Source: Azolla caroliniana
Lineage: Eukaryota > Plantae > Polypodiophyta
Length of the DNA stretch: 64,000 bases
Assembly (NCBI GenBank): GCA_043228905.1
Contig: JBHGNT010000008.1
Span: forward strand, 21,266,001 to 21,330,000
Direction of reading: 5' to 3'
A model generated the notes under the pieces. That model had not been told where the DNA came from, made no database searches, and saw only the letters and a program-made list of their open reading frames with translations. Positions 37,065 to 49,847 of this stretch are shown here, piece by piece; positions within the stretch are counted from its first letter, which is position 1; each line of letters begins with the position of its first letter. A program made the translations under genes and the position numbers.

Positions 37065-39194
37065 TTGGCTTGATGGGTTTAAACCCTACTTTTCCTGAAA
37101 AAAAGACACGTATTAAAGATGGCTATGGGCAACAACAATACACAAAAATAATCCGCAATACACAAGATTATACACAACAATACACAAGATAATCAATAGA
37201 AAGAATAGTTATTCAAATCCAAGACCGAACAGTGGTGGTAATTGTTAGGAAACAGGTCCCTCTGGATGGGAAGTGAGAAGAACAGTGTTGATGAGCAAAC
37301 TCGGTCGAGGCTGAATCCGGATGTGGAGTACCCGACAACGGAAGACCCAGTGAGAACCGGATAACGAGTACCTGACAAGGAATACCCGGTGAGAACCGGA
37401 TGTTGCAGGCCCGATGAGAACCTCTCATCGGATGGAAGGGACATATATGTAAATATGTTCCAGAGAGCTCACTAGGGCTATATTTGTAAATAGCCCGAAA
37501 GTCATATTAGTATAAATATGACCTAGGGCAAACTTAATAGTGATGATGATAGAGTTATTGGTGTAACTTCTGTACAATGTGTAAGAGAGAGAGAGAGAGA
37601 GAGAGCGACATACCGAGATTGTGCCTCTATTGTAACCGCCTGGTGGCGAAGCGAGGGAGCAAGAGGTTGTTGCCCCTGTGCCCCATTGTTGTAACCTTGA
37701 TATAGTGATATTTTGCAGTCTGAGAGCTACCGTGGTTTTTCCCATATATGGGTTTTCCACGTTAACATCCAGTGCACTCTCCTCTTTACTGTTTCGTGTT
37801 TAGATACATCTCTCCACATCCCTGTTTTATGTGATTGTTTCAACGTCTCAGTTGTGGCCGAGCATAGCTTAGGGAGGCGTATTCCTATCAAAGTGGTATC
37901 AGAGCAAAACGACACAGAAAAATGGACGATTCGTTGGGAGCCATGTTCAAGCTCACCAGCTCCAACTATTTAGTGTGGAAGTTGAAGATGAGGGACATGC
38001 TCGTGGTTAAAGATCTTTGGTTGCCGGTTCAGTTCGGGGATAAGAGATCGGACAAAATCAATGCCACGATATGGGAGGTGATGCACATGAAGACAACGAC
38101 GTATATAGGGTGCTTCATCCACATGAGTCTATACAACAACTTCAATGAAGAGAGCAAGGCTCATGAGCTCTGGGAGAAGATGGGCATTATGTTTCAGAAC
38201 AAAAATGTTGTTAATCAGGTTTCGGTATTTTGCAAGCTAGTAAGACTCCGGTACCAAGATGGCTCCAGCATGGCGGAGGACATGAATGCCTTCCAGGGGC
38301 TGATCCACCAGGCAACATCATTGGAAGTACCTCTCGCCGATGAGGTACTAGCACTACTCCTGCTCGGTTCCCTCCCAGATAGCTAGGAGATGTTGGTTGT
38401 CACTTTGGGCAACGCCAGGCCGGAAGGGAAACAGTTATCCCTGGCAAGAGTGAGGTCGAGCTTGCTAGATGAGGAGGCGCGTCGGAAAGACAAGGATACG
38501 AACTCCGACTCCAAAGTGCTCATTACCGAATCGGAACGCGGAAGACAAAGGAACCGTAGTCCCCAGAAGCCGGAGAAGTCGGGGACACGGTCAAAGTCAA
38601 GGGGCAGGCCTACCTGCTTCTATTGCGGTAAGTCGGGACACTTCCAGAAGAATTGTCGGCATTCCGAAAAGACAAGGAAACCGATGGTACCGATTCAAAG
38701 CAGACACCGGATTGGAACGGTAAAGACCGGAGGGGAATAGACTGGAAGGGAACGACGGAAATCGCGGCAAGTGAAGAAGAGTTGATGCTCATCACCGAGG
38801 AGAGTGAGCTAAACCTTGCCGGCGACGAGATGACCTGGGTGGTTGCCTCCGGAGCATCGTTCGACCTTACCCCAGACCGAAAATGCTTCTCATCCTACTC
38901 AGCTGGTGATCACGGCTGTGTCCAGATGGGGAATGAAGGTACATGCCGAATTGTCGGCATAGGAGACGTGTGGTTGAAAACACCAACCGGATGCAAGCTG
39001 CTGCTGAAGGATGTTCGACACGTTCCGGAGGTTTGTCTGAACCTGATATCAGTCGATCGGCTAGATGATGAAGGCTACACGGGTAGCATCCGGAACGGTG
39101 TTATGAAGTTCAGCAAAGGGAGCCTGATTGTGGCTCAGGCCCAGAAGGTAAAATCATTGTACCTGATGAATGCCCGGTTATGCCCAGAAGAAGT

Positions 39195-39978
39195 TGACGA
39201 GAACTCAACGCTCCTTATGTCCAACGCTCGGCCAGAACCGAGCTTCTTTTCATACGCAGAAAACGGGAAACAAATGCACGACACAAAGGAGAGAAAATAC
39301 ACAGGAGGTTTACGTGGAAAAACCCCAAACTAGGGGAAAAAACCATGGCAACCCACAGGCAGCAAACTGTCACTATGTAAGAATGTACAAACAGTGAGTT
39401 CACGGAGGCAACGACCTCATGCTCACGATCTTCGCCACAGGCGGCGGTTACAACAGAGGCAACGACCTCGTTCTCTCTCTCTCTCTCTCTGTACAGTTAC
39501 GCGCTCTCTCTTCTTCTTGCACCAACAAGAAAATGACAACTACGATAACAGTAACTAAAAGGTTTCCCTAAGTCATATTTATACTAATATGACTTTTCGG
39601 CTATTTACAAATATAGCCTCGATGGCCTCTCAGAAACATATTTACGAATATGTCTCTTCATCCGGTTCATACCGGGTCTGCACCATCTGGCTCTCCGTAG
39701 CCGGGTACTCTTCATCCGGTTCATACCGGGTCTGCACCATCCGGCTCTCCGTAGCCGGGTACTCCTCATCCGGTCTTCACCGGGTCTGTATCATCCGGCT
39801 CTCCGTAGCCGGGTACGCCTCATCCGGTTCATACCGGGTTTGGACCATCCGGCTCTCCGTAGCCGGGTACGCCTCATCCAGTTCATACCGGGTCTGCACC
39901 ATCCGGCTCTCCGTAGCCGAGTTTGTTCATCGGCACTATTCTTCTCCCTTCCCATCCGGAGGGACCTGTCTCCCAACA
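39195..39978 (-). repeat. Solo LTR of a related copia family inserted in element D
   Basis: TG..CA ends; perfect TSD GAAGT (39190-39194 and 39979-39983); internal ~57-bp tandem repeats. Confidence 0.92.
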
Positions 39979-40749
39979 GAAGTGAACGTGGCTTCCGACA
40001 CTGCCAGTGAGCTGTGGCACAAGAGGCTGTGTCACATGAGCGAGAAGGGGATGAAGAGGCTTGTAGACGACAACCTCATTCCAGTGAAGAACGTGCACTT
40101 GGAGAAGTGCACTGATTGTTTGGCAGGTAAACAAAATTGGACATCCTTCCGATCGAGGCCACCGATGAGACGTAATGCACAACTAGAGTTGGTGCATACT
40201 GATGTATGTCAAGGGGACACGAAGTCGCATGCAGGATCGCAGTACTTGGTGACGTTCATAGATGACCACAGCCAGAAGCTGTGACCCACACCGTTAAAGA
40301 CGAAGGATCAGGTGTTATCCGTCTTCAAAGAGCTCCACACGAGAGTGGAAAGAGAAACTGGCCGGAAGCTGAAGGCGGTTCGAGCAGATAACGGAGGTGA
40401 ATACCGGGGGCAGTTTGAGAAGTACTGTCGCTCGAAGGGAATCCGGCTTGAATTTACCGTGCCGAAGACGCCGTACCTAAACGGGTTGGCCGAGAGGATG
40501 AACCGGACCATAATGGAGAGGGTCCGGAGTATGCTGGCGCATGCAAAATTACCCAAGACGTTTTGGGCTAAGGTGTTGTCGACAACGATGTATGTGATAA
40601 ACAGATCACCCTCAATGCGCTTGGATGGAGACACACCGTAGAAGGTGTGGACCGGTAATGAAGTGTCCTACCCGCATCTGAAGGTGTTCGGGTGTCTTGC
40701 GTACGTAAATGTTGCTAAGGACCGGAGAGGAGAGTTGGATTCAAAGACT

Positions 40750-43700
40750 TGACAGGAACTACACGCTCCGATGAACACTGCTCGGCCACAACCGAGTTTA
40801 GAATCAAACACAGAAAACGGGAATGAAAGACACGACACAAAGGAGAGAAGAGTACACAGGATGTTTAACGTGGAAAACCTTGAGAGGGAAAAACCACGGG
40901 AGTCCACAGACTCCAAAATATCACTATATCAAAATGATTACAACAGTGAGCTCACGGAGGCAACGGCCTCGCACTCTCGATCTTCGCCACAGGCGGCGGT
41001 TACAACAGAGGCAACGACCTCTTCCTCTCTCTCTCTCTCTATTTACACTGTTACGCGCTCTCTAGTCTTGCACCAACAAGAATGACGACAACCACTTTAC
41101 TAAGTTTGCCCTAAGTCATATTTATACTAATATGGCTTTTCGGCTATTTACAAATATAGCCCTGATGGACTCTTAGAAAACATATTTATGAATATGTCCC
41201 TTCATCCGGTGAGCACTTCTCACCGGGCCTTCACCATCCGACTCTTGTCGGGTACTCCACATCCGCTTTTGGCCTCGGCCGAGTTTGCGCATCAGAATTG
41301 TTCTTCTCACTTCCCATCCGAAGGGACCTGTTTCTTGACAAACTCCCCCTTCACTCCGGCATGGGATGTCTTACTAGTCCAATCCGCTTCCAGCATGCAT
41401 CCAGCTAGTCGGGTATCAGTACTTTGGTCAGCATATCTGAACCGTTCTCGCCGTGTGGATCTTCGTCAGCACGAACTCCTGGTCATCTACTCTTTCCCGG
41501 ATCTAGTGATACTTTCGCTGGATATGCTTCGTCCAGGAATGGTAGGCCGCATTCTTAACAAGGTGAATGGCCCTTTGACTGTCGCAATAGAGCCGGTATT
41601 CATCTTGCCGGATACCGAGCTCTCCGATGAAGTCCTTCATCCATAATATTTCCTTGCCGGCTTCCACAGCCGCCATGTACTCCGCCTCCATGGTTGACAA
41701 TGCAACCGTCTTCTGCAGCCTCGACTACCATGAAACAGCTCCCCCTGCATATGTCATTACATACCCGGATGTAGATCGGCCGGTATCCACATCAGCCGAC
41801 ATGTCCGAATCGGTAAAACCGTCAAGTTGAGGTTTTTCGGAGCTGAATCAGAGACACATATTTGAAGTGCCCTTCAAGTATCAGAGTATCCACTTGACCG
41901 CGTTCGAGTGCTCCTTGTCAGGATTGCTCATAAACCGGCTCACCACTCCAACTGCATATCCTATATCCGGTCGGGTATACACCATTGCGTACATTAAGCT
42001 CCCGATGGTAGAGGCATATGGAACGTTCATCATATCAGCCTTCTCTGCTTTCGTCTTCGGGCTTTGCTTACCAGATAATCTACAGTTTGTCGGGAGTGTC
42101 GATCCAACCAATTTCGCTTCTAACATGTTGAACCGCTGAAGCACCTTTGTCACGTACTTCTCCTGTGACAGCCACAATTGCTTCGTTGGCCGGTTCCGGA
42201 TGATATGCATCCCTAGCATCTGTCTTGCCGGATCCAAGTCTTTCATTGCGAAAGTTCGGTTGAGAGCCTTCTTCAACATCTGTATTCTGGCTTGGTTCCG
42301 TCCGACGATCAACATGTCATCCACATACAGAAGGAGTATCGGGAAGTCGCCTCCTTCGAACTTCTTCACAAACACACAGTGATCGGCCTGCGTCTTGTGG
42401 TACCCTTGATCTGTCATGAAGGAGTCGAATTTCCGGTACCATTGTCAAGGAGCCTGCTTCAGTCCGTACAGGCTCTTCTTCAACCGACAAACCAGGTGCT
42501 CCTTCCCTTTCTCCACAAATCCTTCCGGTTGCTGCATGTCGATCTCCTCTTCGAGGTCACCGTGAAGGAATGTTGTATTCACGTCCAGCTGCTCTACCTC
42601 GAGGTCCATGTTGGCCCTCTATACTCAGCACCGTCCGAATGGAGGTCATCTTTACTACCGGGGCAAATATCTCATCGAAGTCCACGCCCTTCTTCTGTTG
42701 AAACCCCTTGACCATGATCTTGGCTTTGTATCTCGGGGGGTTGCCGGCATCTCCCGGTTTCAACTTCTACACCCACTTATTTCGGAGTGTCCGCTTTCCT
42801 TTCGGCAACTCCACCAATTTGTACATATGGTTCTTATGCAGGGAATCCATCTCATCCTGCATGGCACTTAACCATTTTCTGATGTGGGTGTCATCCTTTG
42901 CTTCTTCGAAGCTTTCCGGCTCTCCCTCATCGGTCAGCCGCACATGCTCTGAATCCGGAAATCTTCGGGGGGCCCTTCTCTCTCTGAGAGGATATCTCCG
43001 TCTTTGGCCTTTGGCAACCGGCTCCACTATTTGATCTTCATCCAAATCCGATTCGGGGTCTTGGCCAATTCCGGTTTCAGCTTCCTCTACTTCTTCTTCT
43101 GCCGGTTCGGTATCCTCACCGTAAATGGCTGGTTCCTCGAGTGCTAACCGGTCTCTTGCCGGTTGTGTCTGCTCATCGTAGAATCGATCCTTACTAGTCG
43201 ACTCGGAGTTCATTATCTTCTTCTCCGACTCCCATTTGGTGAGCGTCTTGTCCTCCATGAATCTTTCTAGCGTGTCTTCGTCCAAGAGTACTGAGGGTGA
43301 TTTGTTTGTCACATATGTCGTCGTCGACAGTGCCTCAACCCAAAACTTCTTGGGTAGTTTTGCGTGCGCCAGCATACTCCGGACCCTCTCCATTATGGTT
43401 CGGTTCATCCTCTCAGCCAACCCATTTAGTTCCGGCGTCTTCGGCACGGTAAATTCGAGCTGGATTCCCTTCGAGCGACAGTACTCCTCGAACTGCCCCC
43501 GGTATTCACCTCCGTTATCTGCTCGAACCGCCTTCAGCTTCTGACCGGTTTCTCTTTCCACTCTCACGTGGAGCTCTTTGGAGACGGATAACACATGATC
43601 CTTCGTCTTCAACGGTCTGGCCCACAGCTTCCGGCTATGGTCATCTATAAACATCACGAAGTATTGCGATCCTGCATGTGACTTCGTGTCCACTTGACAC

Positions 43701-46037
43701 ACATCAGTATGCACCAACTCCAGTGGTGCATTACGTCTCATCGGTGGCCCTAGTCGGAAGGAGGACCGGTTTTGCTTACCGGCCAGACAATCAGTGCACT
43801 TCTCCAAGTGCACGTTCTTCACTGGAATGAGGTTGTGGTCTGCAAGCCTCTTCATCCCCTTCTCACTCATGTGACACAACCTTTTGTGCCACAGCTCACC
43901 GATAGTGTCGGATGCCACGTTCACTTCCTCTGGACATAATCGGGCATTCATCAGCTACAGCGTGTTTACCTTCCGGGCCCGAGCCACAATCAGGCTCCCT
44001 TTGCTGAACTTCATAACACCGTTCCAGATGCTACCCATGTAGCCTTCATCATCTAGCCGATCGGCTGATATCAGATTCAGACGAACCTTCGGAACATGTC
44101 GTACATCCTTCAACAACAGCTTGCATCCGGTTGCTGTTGTCAGCCACACGTCTCCTATGCCGACAATTCGGCATGTACCTTCATTCCCCATCCGGACACA
44201 GCCGTGATCACCGTCTGCGTAGGATGAGAAGCATTTCTGGTCTGGGGTAAGGTGGAACGACGCTCCGGAGTCGACCACCCAGGTCATCTCGTCGCCGGCA
44301 AGTTTTATCTCACTCTCCTCGGTGATGAGCATCAACTCTTCTTCACTTGCCGTGATTGCCGTTGTTCCCTTCCGGTCCGTTCCCCTCTGGTCTTTACCGT
44401 TCCGGTCCAGTGTCTGCTTCGAATCGGTACCGTCAGTTTCCTTGTCTTTTCGGAAGTGCCGACAGTGCTTCTAGAAGTGTCCCGGCTTGCCGCAATAGAA
44501 GCAAGTAGGCCTCCCCCTTGACTTTGACCGTGTCCCCGACTTTTCCCGGTTCTGGGGACTCCGGTTCCTTTGTCTTCCGCGTTCCAATTCTGTAAGGAGC
44601 GCTTTGTAGTCGGAGCTCGTATCCTTATCTTTCCGACGCGCCTCCTCATCTAGCAAGCTCGACTTCACTCTTGCTAGGGATAACCGTTTTCCTTCCGGCC
44701 CGGCGTTGCCCAAGGTGACAACCAACGTCTCCCAGCTATTTGGGAGGGAACCAAGTAGGAGTAGTGCTAGTACCTCATCGGCGAGAGGTACTTCCAATGA
44801 TGTTGCCTAGTGGATCAGCCCCTGGAAGGAATTCATGTGCTTCGCCATGCTGGAGCCATCTTGGTACCAGAGTCTTACTAGCTTCCGAAATACCGAAACC
44901 TGATTGACAACATTTTTGTTTTGAAACATAATGCCAATCTTCTCCCAGAGCTCATGAGCCTTGCTCTCTTCATTGAAGTTGTTGTTTAGACTCATGTCGA
45001 TGAAGCACCGTATGTAAGACTTTGTCTTCATGTGCATCACCTCCCATATCGTGGCGTCGATTTTGGCCGGTCTCTTGTCCCCGAAGTGAACCGGCAACCA
45101 AAGATCTTTAACCACGAGCATGTACCTCATCTTCAACTTCCACACTGAATTGTTGGAGCCGGTGAGCTTGAACATGCCGCCCAACGATTCGTCCATTTTC
45201 TGTGTCGTTTCGCTCTGATACCACTTTGACAGGAACTACACGCTCCGATGAACACCGCTCGGCCACAACCGAGCTGAGAATCAAACACAGAAAAGGGGAA
45301 TGAAAGACACGACACAAAGGAGAGAAGAGTACACACGATGTTTAACGTGGAAAACCTTGAGAGGGAAAAACCACGGGAGTCCACAAACTCCAAACTATCA
45401 TTATATCACAATGATTACAACAATGATCTCACAAAGGCAACGACCTCGCGCTCTCGATCTTCGCCACAGGCGGCGGTTACAACAAAGGCAACAACCTCTT
45501 CCTCTCTCTCTCTCTCTCTGTACACTATTACGCGCTCTCTAGTCTTGCGCCAACAAGAATGATGACAACCACTTTACTAAGTTTGCCCTAAGTCATATTT
45601 ATACTAATATGACTTTTCGGCTATTTACAAATATAGCCCCGATAGACTCTTAGAAAACATGTTTACGAATATGTCCCTTCATCCGGTGAGCACTTCTCAC
45701 CAGGCCTTCACCATCCGGCTCTTGCAGGGTACTCCTCATCCGGTTCTCACCGGACCTTCACAATCCGGCTCTTGCCAGGGACTCCTCATCCGGTTCTCAC
45801 CGGGCCTTCACCATCTGGCTCTTGCCGGGTACTCCAAATCCGGTTCTCACCGGGTCTTCCGTTGTCGGGTACTCCACATCCGGTTCTCACCGGGTCTTCC
45901 GTTGCCGGATACTCGTCATCCGGTTCTCACTGAGTCTTCCGTTGCCGTGTACTCCACATCCAATTTCAATCGAGGCCGAGTTTGCTCATCAGTACTATTC
46001 TTCTCACTTCCCATCCGGAGGGACCTGTTTCCTAACA
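40750..46037 (-). mobile_element. Full-length decayed copia element E, same family as D, inserted inverted into D
   Basis: 5' LTR 45227-46037, PBS 45212-45223, gag 44807-45196, protease WVVDSGASFH, integrase 42767-43951, RT 41881-42417, PPT 41341-41351, 3' LTR 40750-41340; TSD AGACT/AGACC. Confidence 0.95.
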
Positions 46038-48247
46038 AGACCCGGCCATGCATATTCCTCGAATACAGTGATAATGAGTTCGGCTACCGAGTGTGGGATC
46101 CGGTTGACAAGAAGGTATTCCAGAGTCGAGATATTATCCTCATGGAGGACAAGACGCTCGCCGACTGGGAGTCGGAGAAGAAGATAATGAACTCCAAGTC
46201 CACTGGTAAGAATCGATTCTATGATGAGCAGACCCAACCGGCAAGAGACCGGTTAGCACTCGATGAACCGGCCGGTGACGGTAAAGAGACAAGACAGGCC
46301 GAAGAAGAAAGAATAGGTGAAACCGGAACCGACGAAGATCCCGAATCAGATTCGGATGACAAACAAATAGAGGAGCCGGTTGCCGAAAGCCAAAGATGGA
46401 GATATCCTCTCAGAGAGAGAAGGCCCCCCCCAAAGATTTCCAGATGCAGAGCATGTGTTGCTAACCGATGAGGGGGAGCCAGAAAGCTTCGAGGAAGCTA
46501 AAAGTGATGCCCATAGCCGCAAATGGTTAAGTGCCATGCAGGATGAGATGGATTGCCTACATGAGAACCATACGTACGAATTGGTGGAGTTGTCAAAAGG
46601 AAAGCGGGCACTCCCAAACAAGTGGGTGTACAAGTTGAAACCGGCAGATGCCGGCAATCCCCGAGATACAAAGCCAAGATCGTGGTGAAGGGGTTCCAGC
46701 AGAAGAAGGGCGTGGACTTCGACGAGATATTTGCTCCGGTAGTAAAGATGACCTCCATCCGGACGGTGCTGAGTATAGCGGCAAGCATGAACCTCGAGGT
46801 AAAGCAGCTGGACGTGAAGATGACATTCCTTCACGGTGACCTCAAAGAGGAAATCTACATGCAACAACCGGAAGGATTCATGGAGAAAAGGAAGGAGCAC
46901 CTGGTTTGCCGGTTGAAGAAGAGCCTGTACGGACTGAAGCAGGCTCCCTGACAATGGTACCGGAAGTTCGACTCCTTCATGACCGATCAAGGGTGCCACA
47001 AGACTCATGCCGATCACTGCGTGTTTGTGAAGAAGTTCGAAGGAGGCGACTTCCCGATACTCCTTCTGTACGTGGACGACATGTTGATCGTCGGAAGGGA
47101 CCAAGCCAAAATACGGATGCTGAAGAAGGCTCTCAACCGAACTTTCGCAATGAAAGACTTGGGTCCGGCAAGACAGATGCTGGGGATGCACATCATCCGG
47201 GATCGGTCAAAGAAGCAATTGTGGTTGTCACAGGAGAAATACGTGACAAAGGTGCTTCAGCAGTTCAACATGTTAAAAGCAAAACTAGTCGGATCGACAC
47301 TCCCGGCAAACTGCAACCTATCCGGTAAGCAAAGCCTGAAGACGAAAGCTGAGAAGGCTGATATGATGAAGGTTCCATATGCCTCTGCCGTCGGGAGCTT
47401 GATGTACGCAATGGTGTGTACTCGGCCAGATATTGGATACGCAGTTGGAGTGGTGAGCCAGTTTATGAGCAATTCAGGCAAGGAGCACTAGAATGCGGTC
47501 AAATGGATACTCCGGTACCTGAAGGGCACTTCGAATATGTGTCTCTGATTCGGCTCTAGTAAACCTCAACTTGACAGTTTTACCGATTCGGACATGTCAG
47601 CTGATGTGGATACCAACCGGTCTACATCCAAGTATGTAATGACATATGCTGGGGGAATTGTTTCGTGGCAGTCGAGGTTGCAGAAGACGGTTGCTTTGTC
47701 AGCCATGGAGGCGGAGTACATGGTGGCTGTGGAAGCCGGAAAGGAAATATTATGGATGAAGGACTTCATCGGAGAGCTCGGTATCCGGCAAGATGAATAT
47801 CGGTTCTATTGCGACAGTCAAAGTGCCATCCACCTTGCTAAGAACGCAACGCACCATTCCAGGACGAAGCACATCCAGCGTAGGTATTGAAGGGGGAGTT
47901 TGTTAGGAAACAGGTCCCTCCGGATTGAAGGGGGAGTTTGTTAGGAAACAGGTCCCTCCGGATGGGAAGTGAGAAGAACAGTGTTGATGAGCAAACTCGA
48001 TCGAGGCTGAATCCGGATGTGGAGTACCCGGCAACGGAAGACCCAGTGAGAACCGGATGACGAGTACCCGACAAGGAATACCCAGTGAGAACCGGATGTT
48101 GCAGGCCCGGTGAGAACCTCTTATCAGATGGAAGGGACATATATGTAAATATGTTCCAGAGAGCCCATTGGGGCTATATTTGTAAATAGCCCGAAAGTCA
48201 TATTAGTATAAATATAACCTAGGGCAAACTTAATAGTGATGATGATG

Positions 48248-49790
48248 AGTGAACTCCGTCAAATCGAAAAGTGGTAGCAATCGAGGACCGAACAGTAGCA
48301 ACAACTAAGTGTAGAATGATGGGAATGGAGGAGTGAACTCCGTCAGATCGAACAGTGGCAGATGATGCTTGGAACGCACAATGACGGCAACTTAGAGTAC
48401 AATGGCGGTAGTGGAGAAGGAGTGAACTCCCTCAGATCGAAAAGTAGCAACAATACATGATCGAACAGTAGCCGCAACTAAGTGTAGAATGATGGCAATG
48501 GATGAGTGAACTCCGTCAAATCGAAAAGTGGCAGCAATCCAGGACCGAATAGTAGCAACAACTGAGTGTAGAATGATGGCAATGGAGGAGTGAACTCTGT
48601 CAGATCGAACAGTGGCAGATGATGCTTGGAACACATAGTGACGACAACTGAGAGTAGAATGGCGGCAGTGGAGAAGGAGTTAACTTTGTCAGATCGAAAA
48701 GTGGTAGCAATATACGACCTTCACAGTTGCAGCAACTAAGGGTAGAGCATGGTTGTTTACGTACCTGTATTTAACGTTTAAATACGTATAATACCTCATC
48801 ATTTGTATAGTACGTACTATACCTCAATGTTGTTCAATCAAATATCATGTACATTTGTCCAATACAGTATTTAACGTATTTATAAAAAAACAGGTATAAT
48901 ACGTATTTATAAAGAAAATGTAAGTAAAACCCTAAGAAAAAGGAAAAGGAAAAAAAGATTTTAGTGAAAAAGAAGCCAAAGGAAGGAAGAAAGAAGAATA
49001 GAAGAGACGACGATGAAGAAGATGAAGAAGAAGAAGAAGAGAGAGAGAAAAGAAGACATAAACATGTCCTGAGTGTGATAATCGCAAAAGATAGAAGAAA
49101 AAGAAGAAGAAGAAGAAAACGAAAAAAAGAGAAACCTATCATGAGTGCGATAATCGTAGATGATTCCTCAATCTATGCAGGCATAATTTTAAATAATTAC
49201 AATTTGAAATAGAATATCATGATACACACACTGATTTATAGAATACAGGAATGTCGACATCCATATTACTACAAGTATTTTAGGATGTGAAATGTTCAAA
49301 TGTCTTATATGCATTTTAGGATGTAGAGCTATATTGTACATCACAAAATTGTCTAAACATAGATGTTTTTTACAATATTATAGATATTTTTTAGAAAGGT
49401 AAATAATTTTCAAATTCTAGAAGTATTTAACGTACTATACGTAAAATACGTATTTTATAAGTATTTAACATATTAAGAAAATGTATTTAACTTATTTTTA
49501 AATTGGGAGGTACTATACGGGTATTAATACGTTAAATACGTATGGTATCCATACCGTACCTAACAACCTTGATGTAGAGTGGCGGCAACGGAGGAGTGAA
49601 CTTGGCAGATAATGCTTGGATTGAACAGTGGTGGCAACTGAGTGTAGAATGGTGGCAATGGAGGAATGAACTCCGTCGGATCGAATAGTGGCATATGATA
49701 CTTGGACCACACAGTGTCGTTAACAGAGTGTAGAATGGTAGCAATGGAGGAGTGGACTCAATAGGGTTTACCAACAGTGGTAGTAATCTA
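48248..49790 (-). repeat. ~84-bp tandem minisatellite of Sola2-like copy 2, interrupted by a MITE
   Basis: GAGTGAACTCCGTCAGATCGAACAGTGGCA..GAGTGTAGAATG units; homologous to the degenerate units at 22020-22190. Confidence 0.85.
48748..49571. mobile_element. Non-autonomous hAT-like TIR element (824 bp)
   Basis: Ends CATGGTTGTTTACGTAC / GTACCTAACAACCTTG (rc CAAGGTTGTTAGGTAC); 8-bp flanks GGGTAGAG / ATGTAGAG; subterminal TATTTAACGT repeats. Confidence 0.6.
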
Positions 49791-49847
49791 AGCCAGAATA
49801 CTCAACCATAGATGGCCCACATGATGTGGCAAAGGATCATGCATAAG

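Larger units (their letters stand above)
37243..48247 (+). mobile_element. Copia element D (5' LTR 37243-37890, tRNA-Met PBS 37894-37905, gag-pol, truncated 3' LTR 47939-48247) hosting two nested insertions
   Basis: TGGTATCAGAGC PBS; gag CFYCGKSGHFQKNC; protease WVVASGASF; integrase 40312-40641; RT LLLYVDDML 46979-47491; RNase H to 47890; PPT GAAGGGGGAG. Confidence 0.93.

Noticed and set aside
48834-49212. K/E/R-rich and F/S-rich ORFs
   Set aside because: Low-complexity GAA-rich tract inside a non-coding MITE
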